Part shown: one piece after another, positions 31,562 to 42,405 of the stretch
Layout: each line of letters starts with the position of its first letter
Position numbering within the stretch: the first letter of the stretch is position 1
NCBI GenBank assembly: GCA_051546255.1
Contig: CP128817.1
Location: 310,001 to 374,000, forward strand
Direction of reading: 5' to 3'
DNA length: 64,000 nt
Source of the DNA: Meyerozyma guilliermondii
Taxonomy: Eukaryota
Program-made: the position numbers and the translations under genes
Notes under the pieces: generated by a model
What the model saw: the letters and a program-made list of their open reading frames with translations, nothing else
Databases searched by the model: none
What the model was told of the DNA's origin: nothing

Positions 31562-33148
31562 ATGCAAGCACCCGTGGTGTATATGAATACAAGCACTGAG
31601 CGCCAGAGCGGCCGCCAAGCGCAGGTGTCTAATATCACAGCAGCAAAAGCAGTGGCTGATATTATCCGTACCTGTTTGGGACCAAAGGCAATGTTGAAAA
31701 TGCTCTTGGATCCAATGGGAGGAATTGTCCTTACGAACGATGGACATGCCATTTTGCGAGAGATCGATGTGTCACACCCAGCCGCCAAGTCGATGATTGA
31801 ATTGAGTAGAACACAAGATGAAGAGGTGGGTGACGGTACTACCACAGTGATCATCTTGGCTGGTGAAATATTGGCACAAACATTCCCATATATCGAAAAA
31901 AACATCCACCCGGTGATCATCATTCAGGCTCTTAAGAACGCATTGAGCGATGCTTTGGAAATCATACATCAGGTGTCGGTTCCCGTGGACATTGAAAACG
32001 AAGAAGCTATGATAAAGTTGATCAAAGCCAGTATCGGCACCAAGTATATCAATAAATGGTCACAGAAGATGTGTCAGTTGGCTTTGAGAGCGGTGAGAAC
32101 GGTGACGGTGCAAAAAGGAGACAACAAGGAGATAGACATCAAGAGATATGCTCGAATCGAAAAGATTCCCGGTGGTGACGTTGAAGATAGTGAGGTACTC
32201 GACGGTATTTTGTTAAACAAAGATGTTACTCACCCCAAAATGAGAAGATACATTGAAAACCCCCGTGTGGTGCTCCTTGACTGTCCTTTGGAATACAAGA
32301 AGGGTGAGTCGCAGACAAATATTGAAATTTCCAAGGAAGAAGACTGGAACCGTATTTTGGAAATCGAAGAAGAACAAGTGCGTCAAGTGTGTGACCACAT
32401 TCTCCTGCTCAAACCAGACTTAGTTTTGACCGAAAAGGGTGTAAGTGATCTTGCTCAGCATTTCTTATTGAAGGGTGGAGTGAGTGCATTGAGAAGAGTG
32501 AAGAAATCTGATAATAATAGAATTGCCCGAGTCACCGGCGCCACTATAGTCAACCGAGTCGAAGACTTAAAGGAATCAGACGTGGGAACAAAGTGTGGAC
32601 TCTTCAAAGTAGAGTTGGTGGGGGATGAATATTTCTCGTATCTTGTCGAGTGCAAAGATCCTCAAGCATGTACTATAGTTCTTCGTGGTGCTTCCAAAGA
32701 TATTTTGAATGAGATTGAGAGAAACTTACACGATGCCATGGCGGTGACCCGTAATGTGATGTTTGAGCCTTCACTTTCTCCAGGAGGTGGAGCCACGGAA
32801 ATGGCAGTCAGTGTCAAATTATCGGAAAAGGCTAAATCTATAGAAGGTGTAGCCCAATGGCCATACCAGGCCGTGGCCGATGCATTCGAAGTTATTCCCA
32901 GAACTTTGGTTCAGAACTGCGGAGGTAACCCAATCAAAGTGTTATCGAATGTGAGAGCTAAACATGCCGAAGGTTTACATACATACGGTATTGATGGAGA
33001 AGTAGGAAAAGTGGTGGACATGAACGAGTACGGCATATGGGAGCCAGAGGTGATTAAGCTGCAGTCGATCAAGACTGCGATCGAAAGTGCTTGTTTGCTT
33101 CTCAGAGTCGATGATATTGTCAGTGGAGTACGCCAGCAACAGCAATAG
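31562..33148 (+). CDS. CCT3: Chaperonin CCT/TRiC gamma subunit
   Basis: MQAPVVYMN, GDGTTT and LLLRVDDIVSG motifs. True ATG at 31562. Confidence 0.97.
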   Translation: MQAPVVYMNTSTERQSGRQAQVSNITAAKAVADIIRTCLGPKAMLKMLLDPMGGIVLTNDGHAILREIDVSHPAAKSMIELSRTQDEEVGDGTTTVIILAGEILAQTFPYIEKNIHPVIIIQALKNALSDALEIIHQVSVPVDIENEEAMIKLIKASIGTKYINKWSQKMCQLALRAVRTVTVQKGDNKEIDIKRYARIEKIPGGDVEDSEVLDGILLNKDVTHPKMRRYIENPRVVLLDCPLEYKKGESQTNIEISKEEDWNRILEIEEEQVRQVCDHILLLKPDLVLTEKGVSDLAQHFLLKGGVSALRRVKKSDNNRIARVTGATIVNRVEDLKESDVGTKCGLFKVELVGDEYFSYLVECKDPQACTIVLRGASKDILNEIERNLHDAMAVTRNVMFEPSLSPGGGATEMAVSVKLSEKAKSIEGVAQWPYQAVADAFEVIPRTLVQNCGGNPIKVLSNVRAKHAEGLHTYGIDGEVGKVVDMNEYGIWEPEVIKLQSIKTAIESACLLLRVDDIVSGVRQQQQ

Positions 33149-33425
33149 TTAGAAGAGCAGCCGTATTTACGCAAATATAATCATATTGAAACCCTCGTAT
33201 CTTCCCTTGAACCATTCTTCGTTCGCAGCCGAATTCCGCCGCGCGCCTCAGGCACTATTTGTGTTTGGCCGAATCGGGAAACCGTCGCTGTCTGCACTCG
33301 GCAGCAGCATATTATAGAAATCTGCAATTGCAAACTATTCCTGGCATTTTTTTTTCCTTGGGAACATCAGCGGAGCAACTTATTGTTGCGAGGCTTCCAT
33401 TCATTAGTTAATTCATTCTTGCATC

Positions 33426-36377
33426 ATGCCTCCAACCCTTCCTTTTAAGGCAAAGGTGGTAGTTTCTTGGGCAGGCGAAGAAGAGGGTGATTTGGGTTTC
33501 TTAGAAAATGAGGTAGTTGAAGTGTACCTGTTTGTTGATGATAGTTGGTGGAGTGGAAAATTGCGTAGAAATGGTGCCGAGGGTATCTTTCCAAAGGAAT
33601 ATGTTAAGGTGATGGAGTCTAATATGAGCAATTCCACGTCGGAAACTTCATTGGCTCAGAAACCTGATTTACGGTCCAAAAGCCCTTACAAGCTGCTGTC
33701 GAGACTGGGAACATACGAAAGCTATGATAATAGTGCAGAACTCCCAAGCTGGGCTAGTCCTGGGAGAGCTTCGAGGAACAAGTATGCATCCAAATCGAGA
33801 GGAGACACCTCATATTCGAGTCCGGCTAACAATCGCCATTCAATGATTTCCCTTGATGAGTACCACCAGCGTCACGAAAGAAATACCTATAATAGACGTG
33901 ATGGAAGAAACATCCAATCTCGTCAGTCTGGTGATCGTAAAGAGCCTGCTACTCCACCGTATAATTCTCGTTCACCTTACAGGGTCGACTACAGTTCCAA
34001 TGGTTCAAGTCCCACCAAACTGGGCAGACGTGATCGAGACCACTTCTCTGACTTACCAAATTACAGGAAGAAAAACCATACTGTGGAGTCTTTGTCTCCA
34101 GAACATTCTCCATCAGCTCGTCATTACAAAACTGAACAAATCGATGATCCCGATCTCCTGGATTTAAGCATAAGACGACAACAACTCGAGCTAGAACTCG
34201 AGAGATTGAAGCTCATCGAAAAGTCTAAAAGACAATCGAAATCTCCAAAATCTCCATTCAAGTACAAGAACCACGAAGGCTCGTTCGACTCAAGTTATGT
34301 GAGTGAAGATGTTCTTTCTTCAAAGCGTAACATTGTTTCCAGAGACAATTTGAGCCACAAATTCTCTATGGAAGAAGAAGACAACGATGGGTCTTGCGAT
34401 TCTAGTCAGGAGTCTCCACCTCCACCTCCAAAACATTCAATCTCGAGAACTAGTCCAGAGCATTCACGCGTTTATGAGTCCAACTTCGAAGAGTCCCCAG
34501 TACAGAAGCGGGTTCCGTTTGATGCAGACGATTTCAAATTCTCGGGCAACGGCTCAGGAAAGATAGTTTTGAGTGATGAAGACTTGTTTATATTGTCGCA
34601 AATGGAACTGGAAGAGTTGAAAAATTCGATCAAGTCTTTGCAGAGCGACGTCTTGAACCTTTCAGAACTCAGTGCCACAAGTGCTGGCTCCTTTGTGAGA
34701 CACAAGTACGAAAAGGAGAGGCAGCTGGTGATCGAAAAGAGCCCACTGCACAATAGGCAACTTTCTTCGGAGAATAGGGAATTAATGGAATCGATATTTC
34801 AAGACAAGAAGTCTCGTCACCCCAATATCTTCAAAAAGTTATTGCAAAAGAAAAAGGATGACATCAATCCATTGGAAGAGAAATTTCTCAAAGAGGAACC
34901 AGTAGATTGGGCTACCTTCAAAACAGAACTTAATCGTGCAAATTCATTGACTTCGCAAGACAAGCAAGCTCGTACTAAGCGAGTTACTAGAGAAGAAAAT
35001 CACGTTATCATCAAGCCTTTGGACTACGTTTCTGACATCAACATTAATGAGACCACTGACGAGAAAGAAGGCTCAAACATAAATTTTGAAGACATGTCCT
35101 TCAGCAAGGTTGAAACTTTCATGTCCCACTACGATCATACCAGTGATCTCAATGAGATCATTTCGGATGTTAGTGTCAAGTTCAACAGCTCAAAGATTAA
35201 TCAAATCCGCTGCGTTTTACTTCATCTTTGTCGATTTAAAGTATTTTCCGAGCCTAACAAAATATCCCAAGCAAAGCCTAAACTAGCAGAGGTTTTGCAC
35301 AAAGGTGAAGCATCCATTTACCAAATTAATTACTTGTTCAAAAAAATTTTGGATGCATTAAGAATCCCATCGGAGCTCGTTTTAGGATTTTGGAAAAAGC
35401 CAAACGAGTTCTATCATGATGAGCAATTCATTATCAACCATTCATGGTTATCGATTTTAGTGGACAATCAATACTTGTTGATGGATATACTTTGTTTCAA
35501 AAACGGCACATATTGCAACTTACAAAATGCCCCAACAGGATTCAATGAATACTACTTTTTGGCGAAACCACTTAATTTAGTTTCCACTCACATTCCTTCC
35601 ATAATAGAGGCACAGCATGTTATCCCCCCAATCGATCACAGTGTTGCATTTTATCTCCCGAGAATATATTCTGGCTTCTACAAAAACCATATCAAGTTCA
35701 GAAATTTTAACAATGCACTAACGAAATTGAAAGACCTCGAGATCATGGAGCTTGAGCTTGAAATTCCATTGGACGTTGAGTTATTCACCTTGGTGAAGAC
35801 TTCCAAAATCACGACTAATGAACTATGCTTGTGCCAAGTTTACTGGGTCAATAATTCTCGCTTTGCCAAAATTAAAGCTGTTCTTCCACATAATGAGTCC
35901 GTGGGAGTGTTGCAAATTTTCGCTGGTCCTAAAGGTTTGCAGAAGCATTTCAACAATGTGCATGAGTTGGCAGTGGTCATACCTTTATGCCATCTGGGTA
36001 TATCCAAGCCGTGCAAGTTTGTCCCCAGGTACCCGACAGTTCAAAGCCAGAACAATGATTTGTACGTTAAGCTGCCGCAAACAGGACGAATTTTTGCTAA
36101 AAACTCATTTAATTTCGAAGTGTTGCAACATCCCTCTACAGGCGTCAATAGTGGTACGGGACTCATAAATCAGTCATTCCGATTGGTGATTGAGTCACCA
36201 TCGGGCAAGTATTTCAAACTTGTCAAGACGAGTCCAAATCTACCTTTCAGCTCCTACGAAGTCAACATAAAGTGCCAGGAAATAGGTATCTACCGAGGAC
36301 TAGTCATTGGCGATGCCGGCAATAGTTGGTATGTATTTGCTCAGTGGGAATCGGTGGCTGCGTCAGGAAACGATTGA
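33426..36377 (+). CDS. CYK3: Cytokinesis protein with SH3 and transglutaminase-like domains
   Basis: N-terminal SH3 (SWAGEEEGDLGF...WWSGKL...GIFP) and a TGase-like NHSW region. Confidence 0.92.
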   Translation: MPPTLPFKAKVVVSWAGEEEGDLGFLENEVVEVYLFVDDSWWSGKLRRNGAEGIFPKEYVKVMESNMSNSTSETSLAQKPDLRSKSPYKLLSRLGTYESYDNSAELPSWASPGRASRNKYASKSRGDTSYSSPANNRHSMISLDEYHQRHERNTYNRRDGRNIQSRQSGDRKEPATPPYNSRSPYRVDYSSNGSSPTKLGRRDRDHFSDLPNYRKKNHTVESLSPEHSPSARHYKTEQIDDPDLLDLSIRRQQLELELERLKLIEKSKRQSKSPKSPFKYKNHEGSFDSSYVSEDVLSSKRNIVSRDNLSHKFSMEEEDNDGSCDSSQESPPPPPKHSISRTSPEHSRVYESNFEESPVQKRVPFDADDFKFSGNGSGKIVLSDEDLFILSQMELEELKNSIKSLQSDVLNLSELSATSAGSFVRHKYEKERQLVIEKSPLHNRQLSSENRELMESIFQDKKSRHPNIFKKLLQKKKDDINPLEEKFLKEEPVDWATFKTELNRANSLTSQDKQARTKRVTREENHVIIKPLDYVSDININETTDEKEGSNINFEDMSFSKVETFMSHYDHTSDLNEIISDVSVKFNSSKINQIRCVLLHLCRFKVFSEPNKISQAKPKLAEVLHKGEASIYQINYLFKKILDALRIPSELVLGFWKKPNEFYHDEQFIINHSWLSILVDNQYLLMDILCFKNGTYCNLQNAPTGFNEYYFLAKPLNLVSTHIPSIIEAQHVIPPIDHSVAFYLPRIYSGFYKNHIKFRNFNNALTKLKDLEIMELELEIPLDVELFTLVKTSKITTNELCLCQVYWVNNSRFAKIKAVLPHNESVGVLQIFAGPKGLQKHFNNVHELAVVIPLCHLGISKPCKFVPRYPTVQSQNNDLYVKLPQTGRIFAKNSFNFEVLQHPSTGVNSGTGLINQSFRLVIESPSGKYFKLVKTSPNLPFSSYEVNIKCQEIGIYRGLVIGDAGNSWYVFAQWESVAASGND

Positions 36378-36533
36378 AGTCACCTAATCATTTTCTTAAT
36401 ACTACATTAGCTTGATTTACGCATATAATAATAGCATACATTTTATAATGTAGACCTTGTTCCTGTACGGGTGCAATGAGGTCTCAACTTCTCAACTATT
36501 TTAGAATTCGAGCTGCGAAAGTAAGAGATAGTG

Positions 36534-37529
36534 ATGTCTAGTTCTGTGGCCACGGCGTTGTCAGCTCCAGTTCCTCAGCGTTATCTGAAAGAAAAGAAAG
36601 TAGGTGAGGGAACTTATGCCGTCGTATATTTGGGAAAGCAGGTTGATACTAGGCGAAGAATAGCCATTAAAGAGATCAAGACAGGTCTATTCAAAGATGG
36701 TTTAGACATGTCAGCTTTGCGAGAAGTCAAATATTTACAGGAACTCAAACATCCCAACGTAATAGAACTTATCGACGTGTTTCTGAGCTCCAATAATTTG
36801 AATTTGGTATTGGAATTTCTTCCTGCTGACCTTGAAGTTCTCATCAAAGATACCTCAATTGTGTTCAAGTCGGCTGATATCAAGTCATGGCTCCTCATGA
36901 CCCTTCGAGGAATACACCACTGTCATAGAAATTTCATTTTGCATCGAGACTTGAAGCCCAATAACCTATTGATTGCTCCTGATGGACAATTAAAGATTGC
37001 GGATTTCGGTCTCGCCCGGTCGCTAGGTAATGCCAACGAAGATTTGTCTGCTAATGTGGTTACACGGTGGTATAGAGCCCCAGAACTTCTCTTTGGAGCA
37101 AAGCATTATACTGCAGCCATCGATATATGGTCTATTGGGATTATATTTGCTGAACTAATGTTACGTACTCCATACCTTCCAGGCAAAGATGATTTGGACC
37201 AACTAGACGTCACGTTCCGAGCATTGGGTACACCAACAGAGCAAATATGGCCTAATGTCTCCAGCCTTCCCGTTTACAATGCCTTGAAGGTTTATGCTCC
37301 ACCATCAAAACAAGAATTGAGACAACGCTTTAGTGCTGCGACAGAGAAGGCCCTAGACTTAATGATCTCGATGACACAGCTTGACCCCAGCAGGCGCTGT
37401 GACCTGGTGAAGGCTCTTCTTCATGAGTATTTCATTGAGCTGCCGCTTCCCACTCCCCCTGAAGAATTACCCAAGAAAACGGAGAAGAAGGACAAAGAGG
37501 AAAGTGAGTCGAAAAGACGTAAAATATAG
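36534..37529 (+). CDS. KIN28: TFIIH CTD kinase (CDK7)
   Basis: GEGTYA, DGLDMSALRE and NVVTRWYRAPELLFGA motifs. Confidence 0.95.
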   Translation: MSSSVATALSAPVPQRYLKEKKVGEGTYAVVYLGKQVDTRRRIAIKEIKTGLFKDGLDMSALREVKYLQELKHPNVIELIDVFLSSNNLNLVLEFLPADLEVLIKDTSIVFKSADIKSWLLMTLRGIHHCHRNFILHRDLKPNNLLIAPDGQLKIADFGLARSLGNANEDLSANVVTRWYRAPELLFGAKHYTAAIDIWSIGIIFAELMLRTPYLPGKDDLDQLDVTFRALGTPTEQIWPNVSSLPVYNALKVYAPPSKQELRQRFSAATEKALDLMISMTQLDPSRRCDLVKALLHEYFIELPLPTPPEELPKKTEKKDKEESESKRRKI

Positions 37530-38750
37530 TCACGCATGATAGATGCCTTTGACATATTCCGCAATTGCCCAAGATGCCGTGACGCCTGGACTTTCTATAC
37601 CAAGAAGATTGACAAAGCCGGGGAAACCCTCCTCTTCACGAATGATGAAGTCAGAAAATGCCTCTCTACTTTGTTCCTGTGACAAGTTTTTAGGGCGGAT
37701 ACCACTGTATGCTGGTTGCAAGTCTCCTGGTTCGATCATGGGAAAATACCTCTTTATCGCTTCATACGCAGGCACCACGTTCTCAGTGCTAACTGCGTAG
37801 TCAATGCTATCAGCTTCATGACAATTGAGCCACTCAAGGTCAGGACCAAAACGAAGTTGTCCACCTAGGTCAAAAGTCAAATGCGTTCCCAAAGAGGCTG
37901 CGTTTGGATTGGGACATGGATATATGAGCTTATTGGTGATGCTCTTGGTTGAAATGTGATTTTCAGGTTGATAGCTGAAATATGAACCCTTTGCGAGATA
38001 GGTTCCCAAGTGTCTATCGCTGGGCAAAAGCATGTTCGATACTTTGGGTGCGTGTAAGCCAGCGGAATTGACTAGGTTATCGGTGGTGATTTCAAATAAA
38101 TCATCGGAGTCAGCCTCTCGGATCTGTAGTGTGTATGACCCATGGCTATAATCAATATGTACGACCTCAGAATTCAACCCTAGAGTTCCTCCGGCATTTT
38201 CGAACTGTGTTTGAAAGAAGAGTGTGTAATCGTGTACCGATATGATGCCTGTGGTTGGCGATTCTAATGCTCCGTGTTTTGCCTCAATAAGTGCACAGGA
38301 ATCCCGTACATCTTTAGCGGAAACAAGTCGCAGCGGAACTTCCAAATCCTGGCATCTCGAATGCAACTGTTGAAGATACTCGTATTCTTGTTCATCCTGA
38401 GCCACCACGTACTTTCCACACTTTTTAAACGGCACTTGTACGGATGAAAAAGTACCTTTTTTAAAAGCATCATAGATTTTACTTTTACCTTTTATGCACA
38501 ATTGGGCCTTTAAACTGTCTTTAGGGTAGTATATCCCCGCATGTATCACCTCTGAGTTTCGGGCCGTAGTTTCCATGCCCAATTGACCATGTCTCTCTAA
38601 TAAGAGCACGTTGTTCATTTCCACTAGTTGCAACTCGGCTCCTATAGCAGCACCCACAATTCCTCCACCAATCACTACGTGAGAGAAATCTGACTTGTAA
38701 CGGAAACCGAGCACTTTCCGTGCACAAAACTGGCGCCCATATCGAATCAT
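37530..38750 (-). CDS. Mitochondrial L-2-hydroxyglutarate dehydrogenase-like FAD oxidoreductase
   Basis: GGGIVG, ETTARNSEVIHAGIYY, LGTHLT, GIRPK and GIESPG motifs. Presequence-like N-terminus from ATG 38750. Confidence 0.88.
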   Translation of the reverse strand: MIRYGRQFCARKVLGFRYKSDFSHVVIGGGIVGAAIGAELQLVEMNNVLLLERHGQLGMETTARNSEVIHAGIYYPKDSLKAQLCIKGKSKIYDAFKKGTFSSVQVPFKKCGKYVVAQDEQEYEYLQQLHSRCQDLEVPLRLVSAKDVRDSCALIEAKHGALESPTTGIISVHDYTLFFQTQFENAGGTLGLNSEVVHIDYSHGSYTLQIREADSDDLFEITTDNLVNSAGLHAPKVSNMLLPSDRHLGTYLAKGSYFSYQPENHISTKSITNKLIYPCPNPNAASLGTHLTFDLGGQLRFGPDLEWLNCHEADSIDYAVSTENVVPAYEAIKRYFPMIEPGDLQPAYSGIRPKNLSQEQSREAFSDFIIREEEGFPGFVNLLGIESPGVTASWAIAEYVKGIYHA

Positions 38751-38870
38751 GTATAGTTTAAATGCCTCTGACACTTATTGTTTGCTAGCATCGTGTGACA
38801 GCACCTTGAATGTTTCAAAGTTATCTGCAGGTTCTTCGATAGCGACTTTTTTTTACGGGGTCGAATCTCC

Positions 38871-38876
38871 CACGTG
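38871..38876. promoter_or_regulatory. Pho4-type E-box CACGTG upstream of VTC4
   Basis: CCCACGTGG lies about 75 bp before the VTC4 ATG. VTC genes are established PHO-regulon targets. Confidence 0.55.
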
Positions 38877-38947
38877 GAGTGCAATTCTCAGCCGCAGGGC
38901 ACTCGTGGTTAATTGGGACGCTGGGAACCAACTAATTAATCTTCATC

Positions 38948-41116
38948 ATGAAGTTTGGTGAGCACTTACGGCACTCCTTGATCCGCAACTATAGCTTCTA
39001 CTACATTGCCTATGATGATTTGAAGCATCAATTAAAGAAAAGTCTCAAGGACAACGATGGGCAGTGGACAAATGAATTGGAAGAAGAATTCTTGTCATTG
39101 TTGGAACAGGAATTGGATAAAGTTTATTCATTCACCAAGGTCAAGAACACTGAAGTAAACCGTCGTATTAAGGATGCTGAAAAGTATGTGTACGAAGTAG
39201 TGGGTGCCCTTCAAAACAAAAATTCTGCTCCTACTCCACAAGAACAGGACTTTGAGGATTTGGAGGATGAATTGTCTGACATTATAGCTGATGTCCATGA
39301 TATGGCCAAATTTGAGAGACTCAATTACACTGGTTTCCAGAAGATTGTCAAGAAACATGACAAAACCACCAAGTTCCACTTGAAGCCAATTTTTCAAGTG
39401 CGTTTGAATGCCAAACCATTTTTCAAGGACAATTATGATAACCTCATTGTGAAGTTGTCCAAGTTGTATGACTTGGTTCGGACCAGAGGAAATCCTGTCA
39501 AGGGAAACTCTGCCGCTGGTGGTGCGCAGCAGAACTTTGTTCGTCAAACTACAAAGTATTGGGTACATCCCGATAATATCACCGAATTGAAACTTATTAT
39601 CTTGAAACACTTGCCGGTGCTTGTTTTCAATGCTGAGAAGGAATTTGAGCCGGAAGATAGTGCCATCACCTCGATCTACTTTGACAATAAGGATATGGAC
39701 CTCTACTACGGTAGATTGAGAAAGGATGAAGGTGCCGAGGCTATTAGATTGAGATGGTATGGTGGCATGAAATCCGAGCAGATCTTCGTTGAAAGAAAGA
39801 CACATCGTGAAGATTGGACCGGTGAGAAGTCTGTCAAGGCAAGATTTGCGTTGAAAGAGAAAAAGGTGAACGACTTTTTATCCGGTAAGTTTACCGCCTC
39901 TCAAGCTTTTGAAAAGCAAAGAAAAGAAGGTAAGAAGTCTCCTCAAGAGATCGAAAACTTGGAGCGTTTGGCCAAAGAAGTTCAGTACAGAGTAATTAAG
40001 GATAAAATGCGTCCCGTCATGAGATCGTTCTACAACAGAACCGCCTTTCAACTTCCTGGTGATGCTAGAGTTCGTATCTCTTTGGATACTGAGTTGACCA
40101 TGGTGCGTGAAGACAATTTTGATGGACATGATAGAACAAATGGTAACTGGAGACGCATGGATATTGGTGTAGACTACCCATTCCCCCAATTACCAGATCG
40201 TGATGTTTGTCGTTTCCCATACGCTGTTCTTGAAGTGAAGTTGCAAACGCAATTGGGTCAAGAACCTCCTCTCTGGATTAGAGAGTTGGTAGCAAGTCAT
40301 TTGGTGGAGGCAGTTCCAAAGTTTTCCAAATTCATTCACGGAGGTGCTAGTTTGCTTCCTGATTACGTGAATTTACTTCCTTTCTGGTTGCCCCAGATGG
40401 AAGTTGATATTAGAAAACCCAAGGTTCAAGAAGAATATGGAATTATGAGACAACAGCAGCAAAGAATCAAGTCATCTTCATCGGGAGGTGAGATGGATGA
40501 AGAAGAATTGTTGGACCATGGTGAATTGAATGGCGGATACGGAAGTCATGTTCACTTCTCCAATGATATCAATCCCTTGGAAGAAGACTTGGATGAGTCG
40601 ACTCCCTTGTTGCTCCCTTCGACTTATCGTACTAGAGATGGTGCCTCTCCTCTAGCAAATTTCTTCTACAACCTCTATGGACAGTTCTTACATTTCTTCA
40701 ATGATGACCGAACCTTCACCGTCAAGCCTGGTACAAACTACGACTTGAACCAGACTTTCAAAAATAAACTTCCAAAGGGCAAAAAGATCTGTGTTCCAGT
40801 TAGAATTGAACCAAAGGTCTACTTTGCAAACGAAAGAACCTTTTTGAGTTGGCTCTCCATTGGTATGATATTGGGTGCAACTGCTACAACCTTACTTACT
40901 TATGGTGGTAATTCTACCATCACTGCTTCAATTGGCTTCTTTATCGCTGCCCTTTTCACCATGATCTATTCGACTTACAGATACGTTTGGAGAGTACTTA
41001 TGATCAGAGAAAAGAAGGCAGTAATGTATGGCGACAAGTTTGGGCCAAATATGATCTGTTTCTTTATTGCAGCGGCCACCTTTGCTACATTTTTGTTCCG
41101 CTTCATTGAAGCATAA
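38948..41116 (+). CDS. VTC4: Vacuolar polyphosphate polymerase
   Basis: SPX domain (MKFGEHL...YIAYDDLK), VTC tunnel domain ([11 protein letters not shown]) and DUF202 TM region ([12 protein letters not shown]). Confidence 0.97.
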   Translation: MKFGEHLRHSLIRNYSFYYIAYDDLKHQLKKSLKDNDGQWTNELEEEFLSLLEQELDKVYSFTKVKNTEVNRRIKDAEKYVYEVVGALQNKNSAPTPQEQDFEDLEDELSDIIADVHDMAKFERLNYTGFQKIVKKHDKTTKFHLKPIFQVRLNAKPFFKDNYDNLIVKLSKLYDLVRTRGNPVKGNSAAGGAQQNFVRQTTKYWVHPDNITELKLIILKHLPVLVFNAEKEFEPEDSAITSIYFDNKDMDLYYGRLRKDEGAEAIRLRWYGGMKSEQIFVERKTHREDWTGEKSVKARFALKEKKVNDFLSGKFTASQAFEKQRKEGKKSPQEIENLERLAKEVQYRVIKDKMRPVMRSFYNRTAFQLPGDARVRISLDTELTMVREDNFDGHDRTNGNWRRMDIGVDYPFPQLPDRDVCRFPYAVLEVKLQTQLGQEPPLWIRELVASHLVEAVPKFSKFIHGGASLLPDYVNLLPFWLPQMEVDIRKPKVQEEYGIMRQQQQRIKSSSSGGEMDEEELLDHGELNGGYGSHVHFSNDINPLEEDLDESTPLLLPSTYRTRDGASPLANFFYNLYGQFLHFFNDDRTFTVKPGTNYDLNQTFKNKLPKGKKICVPVRIEPKVYFANERTFLSWLSIGMILGATATTLLTYGGNSTITASIGFFIAALFTMIYSTYRYVWRVLMIREKKAVMYGDKFGPNMICFFIAAATFATFLFRFIEA

Positions 41117-41149
41117 ACTTAATATTACTCTCTAACATAACTAATGTAA

Positions 41150-42229
41150 CTATAGTCTAGTTCTAGTAAGTAACTGCGACATTAATTCGTATACTTTCAT
41201 ACCAGCACCGTACGAAAGTTCATATCCCATACCACCTGCTCCATACGCATGGATTATGACACTGTCGCCGTGATTCTCGATTTCCACTTTGAAGCCACCT
41301 TTGCGACAAGGACGGAACCCAACATTTACCCTTTCCACGTCAAAGTATTTTTCGCCTCTTCCTTTAGATTTCATTAATTCTGGAAAAAGTTCTCTCGCTC
41401 TTTTGATGATGTCGATACTGTCTCTTTCTCTAGGCTGGCTGCGATTGTCATTGACCTGCTTCGTACCACCAATTATTACGCCTCCATATAATGGACGAGG
41501 AATGCAAAAGGTCCAATCACCATTCTTCAGTTGGTGTGTAATGGTCTTGTCCAGACTATAGTCTTTTGGTGGCCTTACAAGTAAGGTCTGACCTCTAATG
41601 GAAAAGCTCAGGTGATCGTAGCCTCCATGGTACTGAAGTCCCGATCCTGTGCAATTGACCAAAACAGAACAGTCCTCAATACGATGGAACAAGTTTTTCA
41701 AGCTGTTGATCTTTGCTTTGACAAATTGCACATTGTATTGCATCTTCAATTTTCTTTGAAGGAACTGAATGTACAAAGGTGCATTGACCACCCAGGCAGT
41801 ATAAGATGTTCCGAAAGAGACCCCTGGAGGAAGGTCGTGGTCTGGAAGAATCTGGAAGTTATCTATATCCTGAGAATATCCTCCACTACAATTGAGGTAA
41901 TCTTCAGATGGTTCATCAAAGTACTCGATTCCTTCGACAAATTTCACTGAAGATTCGGGATTTGATTCTGCCAATTTCTTGAAATAAGCTTGTGTAACCC
42001 TCGTCATCTTTGCTTCTCTTCTCTGGGCCTCATTTGTAGCTGGTTGGGGACGGAAATGAGCTCCTGCCCAAGGTGAAGTGTACTCTGGAACATATACTTT
42101 ATCATCTGGAAAATGAGAAGCAATTATAGTCAATCTATGAGGTATCGTCAAGTGTTCCGATATGGCTAAGGCGGCAGAGAGCCCAATAACCCCTGCTCCG
42201 ACTATCACTATGTGCTTTTGTTCTGACAT
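41150..42229 (-). CDS. D-amino acid (or D-aspartate) oxidase family protein
   Basis: GAGVIG, TSPWAGA, RGQT, GFRP and HAYGAGG motifs. The C-terminus TRL is PTS1-like. Confidence 0.9.
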   Translation of the reverse strand: MSEQKHIVIVGAGVIGLSAALAISEHLTIPHRLTIIASHFPDDKVYVPEYTSPWAGAHFRPQPATNEAQRREAKMTRVTQAYFKKLAESNPESSVKFVEGIEYFDEPSEDYLNCSGGYSQDIDNFQILPDHDLPPGVSFGTSYTAWVVNAPLYIQFLQRKLKMQYNVQFVKAKINSLKNLFHRIEDCSVLVNCTGSGLQYHGGYDHLSFSIRGQTLLVRPPKDYSLDKTITHQLKNGDWTFCIPRPLYGGVIIGGTKQVNDNRSQPRERDSIDIIKRARELFPELMKSKGRGEKYFDVERVNVGFRPCRKGGFKVEIENHGDSVIIHAYGAGGMGYELSYGAGMKVYELMSQLLTRTRL

Positions 42230-42405
42230 TGGACTTTGAAGTTGAGGACCAAATCTCTCCGCATTTTCAAGATTCTCCGCAATCGGTAGGTAATAGCATG
42301 TGCAGGTAGGATGGGTGCAAGAACGATTTCAGGCTACATTTTGCATATGCTATATATTCGATGCTGATGTATTTGTAGATGCAATACTGTAATTTTTTCC
42401 AACTT

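Noticed and set aside
35300..35500. Cyk3 transglutaminase-like domain lacking the catalytic Cys
   Set aside because: This is a known general property of Cyk3 proteins.
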